A stretch of 32,000 nt of DNA from Bacteroidaceae bacterium. Lineage in GTDB: Bacteria > Bacteroidota > Bacteroidia > Bacteroidales > Bacteroidaceae. Below the pieces are notes generated by a model. The model searched no databases, was not told the DNA's origin, and worked only from the letters and a program-made list of their open reading frames with translations. Of the stretch, positions 17,577-25,897 are shown piece by piece (position 1 is the first letter of the stretch; each line of letters starts with the position of its first letter). The translations under genes and the position numbers were made by a program. The stretch lies in contig CAXXJL010000001.1 in NCBI GenBank assembly GCA_963667395.2, positions 1,477,329-1,509,328 of the forward strand, in the 5' to 3' direction.

Positions 17577-17627
17577 AAATATCCTCCTTGAATAAATATA
17601 AATATTTCAAGAAGGATATTTTATTTT
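17577..17627. terminator. Hairpin terminator between convergent acr3 and tilS
   Basis: ATATCCTCCTTGAA...TTCAAGAAGGATAT (one mismatch) followed by TTTATTTT. This is the first strong hairpin after the start of the ars operon. Confidence 0.65.
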
Positions 17628-17643
17628 ATGAAGTTTCACGCTT

Positions 17644-18930
17644 TTAGATCAAGCGCAGTAATAAAACATTTTTTGTATTTTCATCAATCCGGAAACGGTT
17701 ATCCGCACGTTCTCCTACCAGCCATGCAATCTGTTCACCGGAACACAACACATACGTATTTTCTTTCTGAAGAATAGATATTTTAGCATCTGTGAGGTAA
17801 TCACTCACTTTCTTTTTTCCTTTCATGCCAAACGGCGAAAATCGATCTCCTGCCTGCCATTTTCGAAGGGTTAGCGGATAATTGAGTTTATCGGCATCAA
17901 AACAAGCCGTTTTTTTATTTCGTGGAATCACAAAATCGGTTGTATAGAGGAACCGTTCTTCTTCTATAACAGGCTTCTCCTCCATTGTTTCTTCTGCCAA
18001 TGAAGATAACTCCTTTATCAGAAAATGTGTACGGTCTCTTACCACCATCCATGAATTGGAAAAAAACTTCCGTCCGGATTGCCTGTCGAGACTACGATAA
18101 ACATCATCTGCCTGTGCTGAATTAAAACCCAGTGGATAGAGAATCTCAAAAAGTAATGCGCGTGGAGAAGGTTCAGTCAGAAGTTTTTCTATTGAAATAC
18201 CTTCTTCAGTTATCACTCTGCCCTTTCCATCCTCAATTACTTTGTTATAGATAGCAGAAGCATCTAAAAGATGGGATGCTGTTGAGAAAAGACTTAACTT
18301 GATAGATGGATTGATAGTTTCCATCATTGGAAGAAGATTAAGGCGAATCTTGTTGCGCGTGTATTCATCCTGCAGATTGGTGCTGTCTGTCACATACTCT
18401 TGTTTCAAGTCTTCCAGATACGCAAGAATATCTTCCCGGCTAACGGTCAATAGCGGACGAACAATATGATTATTCTTTGGATGAATACCGGTAAGCCCGT
18501 TTATACCAGTTCCCCGAATCAAATTGAGCAAAAGAGTTTCCACACTATCATCCCGGTGATGCGCCACTGCTACCACATCGATATTCAACTCATTGCGTAG
18601 TTTTTCAAACCAGTTATAACGAAGATCGCGGGCTGCCATTTCAATGGAAATATGATGCTTAACCGCATAGTCATTGGTCTCGAAATGAATAACATGAAGA
18701 GGAACACTTAGTTCCTCACAAAGATTACGGACAAAAACTTCATCCCTATCTGATTCCTCACCTCGTAAATGAAAATTACAATGAGCCGCCTCACAGTAAT
18801 AGCCCATATAAACCATCACACGAAGCAAAGCAACCGAATCGGCTCCTCCACTCAAAGCTACCAGGACTTTATCTTTCAGTCCGAAAAGCTTTTCCTTTTC
18901 AATATATTGAGCAATCTGAAGATGAAACAT
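17644..18930 (-). CDS. tilS: tRNA(Ile)-lysidine synthetase
   Basis: 428 aa. PP-loop [12 protein letters not shown] and the [17 protein letters not shown] motif. Confidence 0.9.
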   Translation of the reverse strand: MFHLQIAQYIEKEKLFGLKDKVLVALSGGADSVALLRVMVYMGYYCEAAHCNFHLRGEESDRDEVFVRNLCEELSVPLHVIHFETNDYAVKHHISIEMAARDLRYNWFEKLRNELNIDVVAVAHHRDDSVETLLLNLIRGTGINGLTGIHPKNNHIVRPLLTVSREDILAYLEDLKQEYVTDSTNLQDEYTRNKIRLNLLPMMETINPSIKLSLFSTASHLLDASAIYNKVIEDGKGRVITEEGISIEKLLTEPSPRALLFEILYPLGFNSAQADDVYRSLDRQSGRKFFSNSWMVVRDRTHFLIKELSSLAEETMEEKPVIEEERFLYTTDFVIPRNKKTACFDADKLNYPLTLRKWQAGDRFSPFGMKGKKKVSDYLTDAKISILQKENTYVLCSGEQIAWLVGERADNRFRIDENTKNVLLLRLI

Positions 18931-19021
18931 ATTACAAAGGTAAGAGTTTTAATGGAGAATCGGACCTACTTCCTCTATTTAAAAACAATCTAAACAATTT
19001 GCTCACTCGGGTATTATACTC

Positions 19022-19029
19022 TATCTTTG
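19022..19029 (+). promoter_or_regulatory. Candidate -7 box (TAtcTTTG) for feoAB
   Basis: Matches TAnnTTTG and overlaps the TTG start (19027) proposed by the ORF track. That argues for the ATG at 19039 or 19048. Confidence 0.45.
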
Positions 19030-19038
19030 CATAAAATA

Positions 19039-21534
19039 ATGAGAAGTATGCGTTTATCCGAACTAAATACAGGCGAAAGAGGCGTTATAGTAAAGGTTCT
19101 GGGCCACGGTGGATTCCGCAAAAGGATTGTGGAAATGGGATTCATCAAAGGAAAATTGGTCGAAGTTCTACTAAATGCCCCCCTCAAAGACCCCATCAAA
19201 TATAAAATTCTTGGATATGAAATCTCTCTCCGGAGAAAAGAAGCGGAGATGATTGAGATTATCAGTGAGCAGGAAGTTACCGAACAAAAAAACATATCAC
19301 CCGATTTTCATGGTTCCATCAATGTAGAAAGACCTCTGACAGAAGAAGAGCTTAAAGCAATTGCTTTAGGTAAGCGGAGAACTATTAATGTAGCGCTGGT
19401 GGGAAATCCCAATTGTGGAAAAACCTCCCTATTCAATCTGGCATCCGGTGCCCATGAACACGTGGGAAACTATAGTGGCGTTACGGTTGATGCTAAAGAG
19501 GGATACTTTGATTTTCAGGGCTACAGATTTAAAATAGTTGATCTTCCCGGTACCTACTCTCTATCAGCATATACACCTGAGGAAATCTACGTACGCAGGC
19601 ACATCATAGATGAGACACCAGACGTGGTGATAAACGTGGTCGACGCTTCAAATCTGGAACGTAACCTTTATCTCACCACTCAGTTAATCGATATGAATGT
19701 AAGGATGGTGATTGCACTGAATATGTATGATGAACTTGAATCCAGCGGAAATAAGCTGAATTACAGATTACTGAGCAAGCTATTCGGTGTGCCAATGGTT
19801 CCTACTGTTTGCAAAAAGAATCTTGGAATTGAGCATCTGTTTCACTTAGTGATCAATCTTTACGAAGGAGCCGACTTTTTCGACAAGAATGGTGAAATCA
19901 ACAAAGAAGTATTGCAGGAACTGCAGGACTGGCACCATGCCAATGTAAATGAGGCCGAGCATGAAGACCATATGGATGAATACGTTAAGGTAGACAAACC
20001 CCAACAAAAAACTTATCGTCATATTCACATCAATCACGGACCGGATATAGAAAAAGGAATAGAGCATGTTAAAGCCGAGATTGCTAAGAATGAAGAAATC
20101 AGACACATTTATTCCACTCGCTATCTTTCTATCAAATTACTGGAGAACGATAAAAGTGCTGAGAACTTTGTCCGCACGTTACCTAATAACGCGGATATTT
20201 TTACTGCCAGAGATAAAGCTGCAAAACGAATTCAGATTTCCATGAATGAGGATAGTGAATCGGCTATTACAAATGCAAAATATGGATTCATTTCCGGAGC
20301 TCTGAAAGAGACTTTTATTGATAATCACCTGGAACAGCAACAATTGACAAAAATGCTGGATACCATTGTGACACACAAAATATGGGGATATCCTATTTTT
20401 ATTCTTTTTATGTGGATTATGTTTCAGGGCACATTCTCGCTGGGGCAATATCCAATGGATGGAATTGCATGGCTGGTTGATATTCTGAGACATTTTGTAC
20501 AAAACACTATGGCTGCAGGACCATTGAAAGATATGCTTGTGGATGGAATTATTGGCGGAGTTGGCGGAGTTATTGTTTTCCTGCCCAACATTCTGCTTCT
20601 CTACTTCTTTATTTCCTTGATGGAAGATTCAGGATACATGGCCCGTGCAGCGTTTATCATGGATAAAATAATGCATAAAATGGGACTTCACGGAAAGTCC
20701 TTCATTCCATTAGTTATGGGATTTGGATGTAATGTACCCGCTATTTTAGCATCCAGAACAATTGAGAACAGAAAGAGCCGTCTCATTACTATGCTGGTAA
20801 ATCCATTAATGAGCTGTAGTGCGCGCTTACCTATTTATCTGCTGTTGGCTGGAGCATTCTTCCCTAATAATGCAAGCCTTATATTATTATCGATATATTT
20901 AACTGGAATACTGCTGGCTGTAATTATGGCACGATTATTCAGCAAAGTGCTGATTAAAGGTGAAGATACACCATTTGTTATGGAGCTCCCCCCCTACCGT
21001 ATGCCCACAATGAAAGCCATTACGCGTCACACCTGGGAAAAGGGACAGCAATATATCAGAAAAATGGGAGGAGTGATCATGATCGCTTCAATCATTATCT
21101 GGTTTTTAGGATACTATCCAAATCATAATGGATATAGTAGTGTGTCAGAACAGCAGGAACACTCATATATCGGACAAATTGGTAAGGCCATTGAACCAGC
21201 TCTTAAACCAATGGGATTCGACTGGAAACTCGGAATCGGACTACTTTCTGGTGTAGGAGCAAAAGAATTAGTAGTTAGCACACTGAGTGTTCTCTACACA
21301 AATGATCCGGGAGCCAGTAAGGTAAGCCTTGCAGAGCGTATTCCAATTACTCCGCTTGCCGCATTCAGCTTCATGCTTTTCGTTCTAATCTATTTCCCCT
21401 GCATTGCCACACTTGCCGCCATTAAGCAAGAGTCCGGCAGTTGGAAATGGGCCGCTTTTGCAGCGCTGTACACCACTGCGCTGGCTTGGATTATCGCGTT
21501 TAGTTTTTATCAAATAGGGAGTATATTATCATGA
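19039..21534 (+). CDS. feoB: Fused FeoA-FeoB ferrous iron transporter
   Basis: N-terminal FeoA SH3-like domain (LSELNTGERGVIVKVLGHGGFRKRIVEMGF), G-domain GNPNCGKTSLFN / DLPGTYSL, then a polytopic membrane domain. The start is ambiguous (19027 TTG, 19039 ATG or 19048 ATG). Confidence 0.9.
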   Translation: MRSMRLSELNTGERGVIVKVLGHGGFRKRIVEMGFIKGKLVEVLLNAPLKDPIKYKILGYEISLRRKEAEMIEIISEQEVTEQKNISPDFHGSINVERPLTEEELKAIALGKRRTINVALVGNPNCGKTSLFNLASGAHEHVGNYSGVTVDAKEGYFDFQGYRFKIVDLPGTYSLSAYTPEEIYVRRHIIDETPDVVINVVDASNLERNLYLTTQLIDMNVRMVIALNMYDELESSGNKLNYRLLSKLFGVPMVPTVCKKNLGIEHLFHLVINLYEGADFFDKNGEINKEVLQELQDWHHANVNEAEHEDHMDEYVKVDKPQQKTYRHIHINHGPDIEKGIEHVKAEIAKNEEIRHIYSTRYLSIKLLENDKSAENFVRTLPNNADIFTARDKAAKRIQISMNEDSESAITNAKYGFISGALKETFIDNHLEQQQLTKMLDTIVTHKIWGYPIFILFMWIMFQGTFSLGQYPMDGIAWLVDILRHFVQNTMAAGPLKDMLVDGIIGGVGGVIVFLPNILLLYFFISLMEDSGYMARAAFIMDKIMHKMGLHGKSFIPLVMGFGCNVPAILASRTIENRKSRLITMLVNPLMSCSARLPIYLLLAGAFFPNNASLILLSIYLTGILLAVIMARLFSKVLIKGEDTPFVMELPPYRMPTMKAITRHTWEKGQQYIRKMGGVIMIASIIIWFLGYYPNHNGYSSVSEQQEHSYIGQIGKAIEPALKPMGFDWKLGIGLLSGVGAKELVVSTLSVLYTNDPGASKVSLAERIPITPLAAFSFMLFVLIYFPCIATLAAIKQESGSWKWAAFAALYTTALAWIIAFSFYQIGSILS

Positions 21535-21743
21535 GCTTACAAGAATTAATCGTTTCGGCCATTGTTTTCTTCTGCGTATTCTATGTAGGGAACCGCATCG
21601 TACTTTTTTTTAGAAACACAAATAAGAATGAAAGCCCATGTTCTAGTTGCACAAGTGGCTGTGAATTAAGAGATATGATGGAGAAGAAGAAGCAACAGTG
21701 CAGAGAAGTTAAGAAACAAAACAAGAAAAGTTGCTGTCGATAA
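21531..21743 (+). CDS. FeoB-associated Cys-rich small membrane protein
   Basis: 70 aa. One N-terminal TM helix, then CSSCTSGC and C-terminal ...KKSCCR. Its start overlaps the feoB stop (ATGA). Confidence 0.6.
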   Translation: MSLQELIVSAIVFFCVFYVGNRIVLFFRNTNKNESPCSSCTSGCELRDMMEKKKQQCREVKKQNKKSCCR

Positions 21744-21787
21744 GCAAAATTTATAGGCGGTATATTTGGAAATATAGAATTATGTAT

Positions 21788-21795
21788 TACCTTTG
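21788..21795 (+). promoter_or_regulatory. Candidate -7 box (TAccTTTG) for tRNA-Cys
   Basis: Matches TAnnTTTG, 21 nt upstream of the mature tRNA 5' end. Confidence 0.45.
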
Positions 21796-21815
21796 CACTC
21801 GCTAAAACGAAATAA

Positions 21816-21886
21816 GGTCTCTTGGCCGAGTGGCTAGGCACCGGTCTGCAAAACCGTCTACGGCGGTTCGAATCCGCCAGAGACCT
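21816..21886 (+). tRNA. tRNA-Cys (anticodon GCA)
   Basis: GGTCTCT...AGAGACC acceptor stem, anticodon loop CT-GCA-AA inside the CCGGT/ACCGT stem, and T-arm GGCGGTTCGAATCCGCC. 71 nt; CCA is not encoded. Confidence 0.9.
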
Positions 21887-21896
21887 CTATCTGGGT

Positions 21897-21931
21897 AAAA
21901 GCTCCAATCTTAATTGATTGGAGCTTTTTTA
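21897..21931 (+). terminator. Rho-independent terminator after tRNA-Cys
   Basis: AAAAGCTCCAATC ttaatt GATTGGAGCTTTT followed by TTTT. Confidence 0.8.
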
Positions 21932-21956
21932 TTTACATAGTGATTAAGCAATTATG

Positions 21957-21966
21957 AGTATCCCAG
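21957..21966. repeat. Left copy of the 10-bp target-site duplication AGTATCCCAG
   Basis: Identical to 23385-23394 and directly abuts the IS left inverted repeat. Confidence 0.8.
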
Positions 21967-21998
21967 GGATCATACCGAAATGCTGAGGGCTTGAAGAT

Positions 21999-22952
21999 TT
22001 AAGCATAAATTTTGGATAATCTGAATAAGAAGAAAGAAATATCTCTTACTCCTCTTAGTTGTGCTCTAAATTGTTTGATTTTTGCATTAAAAGATTCGCT
22101 GGCCGCATTGGTTGCACGATTTCTAAAGAAAGCAACGATTCTTAGATAATGCGTTTGTATCGTTCTTGCCACTGTACCAAAAGACAGGAATCCTGAGTTG
22201 TCTACTTCATCATACCAATGTGCTAACTTTGTTAAAGCCACGTCTGCATGCTTTGACTGATGATAAATAAGCCCTAACCGCATACTTAAATAATATGCTT
22301 TCTTTATGTCAGGGTATTCTCTAAATAAAATAGTTGCGCGTTTACTTTGGGAGCTGCTCCAGACTGTTTCTTTTTTGAATAGAAGGTAACGGCTTCTGGC
22401 AAGAAGTTGTTTATTTGTGTCTCCGTTTTCAAAAACAGAAGGTTTATATTGGATTCCACAAGCTTTAGCATGGCTAATCTCTATATTTTCTTTATCCATT
22501 GCCTCCCAGCGTGCTTTAATGCGCATTTCCTGTACGGCTTCAAAAGCCAATTGCTGTACATGAAAGCGGTCTATCACTTGCTTTGCACCAGGAAAACAAA
22601 CCCGTGCTATCTGATTCATGTTAGAAGCCATGTCTAAAGTAATCTCACGCACCTGAAAACGTCGTTTGCGCGATAGTTTTAGCAACACATCCGATACGGT
22701 TTTCACATCTGTTCCTTTAATCATGGCAATAATGCTTCCTTTCCTGCCTTTAGCTTCCTTATTGATAAGAATGGTATATAGCTCGCCACGTGAAAGGCTT
22801 GTTTCGTCAAGTCCTACATAAGCACCAATATTCTTCTCAAATAAGACCCAATCTTGTGCATGAGAGAGTTGATCCCATTCTCTGTAATTACTCAGATGAT
22901 TCTTATATTGTGATTCAAGTTGCTTAGCATCCAATCGATAGTGCTCAGCCAA
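21999..22952 (-). CDS. Transposase, DDE catalytic portion (ISL3-like), downstream frame of a split gene
   Basis: 317 aa. IDRFHVQQLA and the C-terminal SNAASESFNAKIKQFRAQLRGVRDISFFLFRL resemble the ISL3 DDE_Tnp motifs. The frame is open upstream of the listed TTG (…SISSLAEHY). Confidence 0.7.
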   Translation of the reverse strand: MAEHYRLDAKQLESQYKNHLSNYREWDQLSHAQDWVLFEKNIGAYVGLDETSLSRGELYTILINKEAKGRKGSIIAMIKGTDVKTVSDVLLKLSRKRRFQVREITLDMASNMNQIARVCFPGAKQVIDRFHVQQLAFEAVQEMRIKARWEAMDKENIEISHAKACGIQYKPSVFENGDTNKQLLARSRYLLFKKETVWSSSQSKRATILFREYPDIKKAYYLSMRLGLIYHQSKHADVALTKLAHWYDEVDNSGFLSFGTVARTIQTHYLRIVAFFRNRATNAASESFNAKIKQFRAQLRGVRDISFFLFRLSKIYA

Positions 22953-22956
22953 GGAA

Positions 22957-23346
22957 CTAATACTTATGGCTCGAGAGTCGATCCATAGCTTTTAAAAAAG
23001 ACGCAAATTCAGAAGAGATTTGCGTGCCTTGAGCCATTAATTCCCAATTACGGGATATGTATTTTTCTTTTGTATGATTGTACCATCTCCGTTTCTTTAT
23101 ATAAAGAATGCAACTACGACCACGCATAGGGTAATCATACATACGGACTTCTTCATAGAATCCTTTACTTTCCAGTTTGTCGTTTTTATATTCCTCAGGA
23201 GGGTTATTTTTTTCTTCGAAATAGATTTCAACTTTGTCGGTAAGCTCATTGAATTGGGTCATCTCGAAGTAATCAAACATACCATCAGGAAAGATAAAAC
23301 GGAGGAATATATCGTAATCCATATTTTTTTTTGGCAAAGATAACAT
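22957..23346 (-). CDS. Transposase N-terminal portion, upstream frame of the split gene
   Basis: 129 aa ending ...FLKAMDRLSSHKY*. The stop lies 4 nt before the listed start of the next ORF, in a different frame. Together the two ORFs (about 446 aa) fill the IS. Confidence 0.6.
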   Translation of the reverse strand: MLSLPKKNMDYDIFLRFIFPDGMFDYFEMTQFNELTDKVEIYFEEKNNPPEEYKNDKLESKGFYEEVRMYDYPMRGRSCILYIKKRRWYNHTKEKYISRNWELMAQGTQISSEFASFLKAMDRLSSHKY

Positions 23347-23384
23347 ATTAAGAATTCAATCCCCTCAGGATTTCGGTATGATCC

Positions 23385-23394
23385 AGTATCCCAG
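23385..23394. repeat. Right copy of the 10-bp target-site duplication AGTATCCCAG
   Basis: Identical to 21957-21966 and directly abuts the IS right inverted repeat. Confidence 0.8.
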
Positions 23395-23524
23395 CAATTT
23401 ATGATAACACAAAATCTGTAGACCGACAATTAAAAACGCCCCAATTGTAAACCACTAATTAACATACAAATTATAAACTTGTGCAATAAAGCTTATTCAC
23501 AGAATATCTAATCCAATAAAAGCA

Positions 23525-23532
23525 TATATTTG
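23525..23532 (+). promoter_or_regulatory. Candidate -7 box (TAtaTTTG) for the zinc-ribbon gene
   Basis: Matches TAnnTTTG, 31 nt upstream of the ATG at 23563. Confidence 0.45.
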
Positions 23533-23562
23533 CGAATATATTCAATCTTAATAAATTAACTT

Positions 23563-23835
23563 ATGGAAACAAATTATTGTCAAAGCTGCGGCATGCCACT
23601 CGATTCAGAAAAAGTACTTGGCACAAATACCGACGGAAGCAGTAACAAAGAATATTGCTGCTATTGCTTCGCTGAGGGTAAATTCACTTCTAACTGCACT
23701 ATGGACGAAATGATAGCTCAATGTGCAAACTTTGTCGATGAGTTCAATAAAGATTCCGAAGTGAAGTACACTAAAGAAGAAGCTATCGTTCAAATGAAAC
23801 AGTTCTTCCCTACATTAAAACGTTGGAAAAAGTAA
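23563..23835 (+). CDS. Zinc-ribbon domain protein
   Basis: 90 aa. CQSCGMP...YCCYCF provides four Cys in two CxxC knuckles at the N-terminus. Confidence 0.6.
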   Translation: METNYCQSCGMPLDSEKVLGTNTDGSSNKEYCCYCFAEGKFTSNCTMDEMIAQCANFVDEFNKDSEVKYTKEEAIVQMKQFFPTLKRWKK

Positions 23836-23914
23836 TTTATCTCCTACTGTCTCGTCTACCTTTTTTAATCTTTCCCTTTAGTTCAAAATTTACTAAAGGC
23901 ACATTTTTGAATCC

Positions 23915-23987
23915 TTGTACAAAAGAAAGATATCTTTTGTACAAAACAATGCATTCTTCTGTACAAAAGAATGCATTGTTTTGTACA
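23915..23987. repeat. Nested palindromes carrying four TGTACA cores
   Basis: 12-bp IR: TTGTACAAAAGA (23915-23926) / TCTTTTGTACAA (23933-23944). 21-bp IR: TGTACAAAACAATGCATTCTT (23938-23958) / AAGAATGCATTGTTTTGTACA (23967-23987). Confidence 0.85.
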
Positions 23988-24208
23988 GGAGAATAAAAAT
24001 TAGAAAGCAGCCATTTTTAAGCATTAAAGAGAGATTTGAATTTACACCCTTTTTTAATCAAAACACGAGCGCCTGAACTTATGGGTACAACGGCTCGCCT
24101 TACTTCCTTTTTGACATCAAAATACACCACTAGTACATGCAATCATAGCACATAGCAAAAGCATTCAAAAATATTCAGATATTATATTGACATTTTGATT
24201 ATTATTCA

Positions 24209-24216
24209 TATCTTTG
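24209..24216 (+). promoter_or_regulatory. Candidate -7 box (TAtcTTTG) for the glutamine synthetase gene
   Basis: Matches TAnnTTTG, 34 nt upstream of the ATG at 24250. Confidence 0.45.
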
Positions 24217-24249
24217 ATTATTATCAACCTTAAATAATTGACCAGAGAT

Positions 24250-25752
24250 ATGAATAACCAACTAGAAATGAATTCCAATGCATTGGTGCAATTCCTGCAA
24301 AAACTTCCTGTAGAGTTTACCAAAGCTGATATAATCTCTTTCATTAAAGAAAATGAAATTCGAATGATCAATTTCATGTATCCTGCAGGTGATGGAAGGC
24401 TAAAAACTTTGAACTTTGTTATCAATGATGCCGCCTACCTAAATGCCATACTAACCTGCGGCGAACGAGTAGACGGCTCCAGTCTTTTTTCCTTTATTGA
24501 AGCAGGAAGTAGCGATTTATATGCTATTCCACGTTTTCGGACTGCATTTGTTGATCCATTTGCGGAGATACCCACACTAACCATGCTTTGCTCTTTTTTC
24601 AATAAAGACGGGGAACCGCTTGAAAGTTCACCGGAATATACTCTGCATAAAGCTTGCAGGGCTTTTACCAAGGTAACAGGAATGGAGTTTGAAGCAATGG
24701 GCGAACTGGAGTATTACGTTATTGCACCTGATAATGGCTTGTTTCCTGCAACAGACCAACATGGATATCACGAATCGGGCCCATATAACAAGTCCAATCA
24801 GTTCCGTACTGAATGTATGAAATACATTGCTCAAGCCAACGGAAAGATTAAATACGGGCACTCTGAGGTTGGTAATTTTACACAAGACAACTTAATCTTT
24901 GAGCAGAATGAGATTGAGTTTCTACCTTCTCCGGCAGAAGATGCGGCCGATCAGTTGATGATTGCAAAATGGGTTATCCGTAATCTGGCTTGCCAATATG
25001 GATATAATATTACTTTCGCACCGAAGATTACCGCAGGGAAAGCCGGCTCGGGTTTACACATTCACATGCGCATGACTAAAGATGGCAAGAATCAAATGTT
25101 GGAAAACGGTGTATTATCAGACACCGCACGTAAAGCCATTGCGGGAATGATGCGCCTTGCTCCTTCCATTACCGCTTTTGGCAACACTACCCCTACTTCT
25201 TATTTCCGTTTGGTTCCGCATCAGGAAGCACCAACCAACATTTGCTGGGGAGACCGTAACCGTTCTGTTCTGGTTCGCGTACCATTGGGTTGGTCGGCAA
25301 AGAAAGATATGTGTGTCTTGGCAAATCCACAAGAAGCACCCAGTAACTATAATACTACCGAAAAGCAAACCGTTGAGATGCGTTCACCGGATGGCTCGGC
25401 AGATATTTATCAATTACTGGCTAGCCTGGCAGTTGCCTGTCGTTATGGCTTTGAAATAAAGGATGCTTTGAGCATTGCCGAAAAGACGTACGTAAACGTA
25501 GATATTCACCGGACCGAGAATCTGGAACGATTAAAGACTTTGGAACAACTGCCCGACAGTTGCTATGCTTCGGCCAATTGCCTACAAAAGCAACGCGTCG
25601 TCTTTGAAGAGTATAATGTATTTAGTCCAAGTATGATTGATGGAGTTATCCGCAAGCTGAAAGCTTATAAAGATACAACATTACGCGAGGAATCAAAGAA
25701 CGACCATATGAAGATGAAAGAAGTTGTAGAAACCTACTTTCATTGTGGATAA
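24250..25752 (+). CDS. glnA: Glutamine synthetase family protein (about 500-aa type, not the 729-aa GSIII)
   Basis: From MNNQLEMNS. Contains KAGSGLHIHMRM (the GSGxHxH ATP/metal region) and NRSVLVRVP (the NRSxxxRxP motif) of glutamine synthetases. The ATG at 24250 is preferred to the TTG at 24238. Confidence 0.8.
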   Translation: MNNQLEMNSNALVQFLQKLPVEFTKADIISFIKENEIRMINFMYPAGDGRLKTLNFVINDAAYLNAILTCGERVDGSSLFSFIEAGSSDLYAIPRFRTAFVDPFAEIPTLTMLCSFFNKDGEPLESSPEYTLHKACRAFTKVTGMEFEAMGELEYYVIAPDNGLFPATDQHGYHESGPYNKSNQFRTECMKYIAQANGKIKYGHSEVGNFTQDNLIFEQNEIEFLPSPAEDAADQLMIAKWVIRNLACQYGYNITFAPKITAGKAGSGLHIHMRMTKDGKNQMLENGVLSDTARKAIAGMMRLAPSITAFGNTTPTSYFRLVPHQEAPTNICWGDRNRSVLVRVPLGWSAKKDMCVLANPQEAPSNYNTTEKQTVEMRSPDGSADIYQLLASLAVACRYGFEIKDALSIAEKTYVNVDIHRTENLERLKTLEQLPDSCYASANCLQKQRVVFEEYNVFSPSMIDGVIRKLKAYKDTTLREESKNDHMKMKEVVETYFHCG

Positions 25753-25897
25753 TAGCTATAACTAATAAATAGTAATTAGCAAATACACTCTATATTTAAA
25801 CTTAATGTGTAAAATATACTAAAAATGAGGTGTAAGGAATACTTTATTTTATTCTTTCATATATCTTTAGGGCAATATAACCCAACTAAACTATTAT

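Larger units (their letters stand above)
21967..23384 (-). mobile_element. ISL3-like insertion sequence, 1418 bp, with imperfect about 30-bp terminal inverted repeats
   Basis: Ends are GGATCATACCGAAATGCTGAGGG... (left) and GGATCATACCGAAATCCTGAGGG... (reverse complement of the right end). It is flanked by a perfect 10-bp direct repeat, and the transposase fills the interior. Confidence 0.85.

Noticed and set aside
11344-17640. The ars/hgc cluster as a mobile genomic island
   Set aside because: No integrase, transposase, tRNA boundary or flanking direct repeats are visible at its edges. Base composition and promoter style look like the surrounding DNA by eye. Horizontal origin cannot be excluded without compositional statistics and comparative genomics.
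22940-22975. Programmed -1 ribosomal frameshift in the IS transposase
   Set aside because: There is no slippery heptamer (A AAA AAG type) or downstream structure at the junction (…agccataagtattagttccttggc…). A mutation or sequencing error is the simpler explanation.
24055-24115. GC-richer patch (…cacgagcgcctgaacttatgggtacaacggctcgcc…) in the AT-rich glnA upstream region as a possible small RNA or riboswitch
   Set aside because: Only a weak 4-5-bp complementarity (GAGC/GCTC) is present. I see no recognisable riboswitch core and no promoter or terminator signals.
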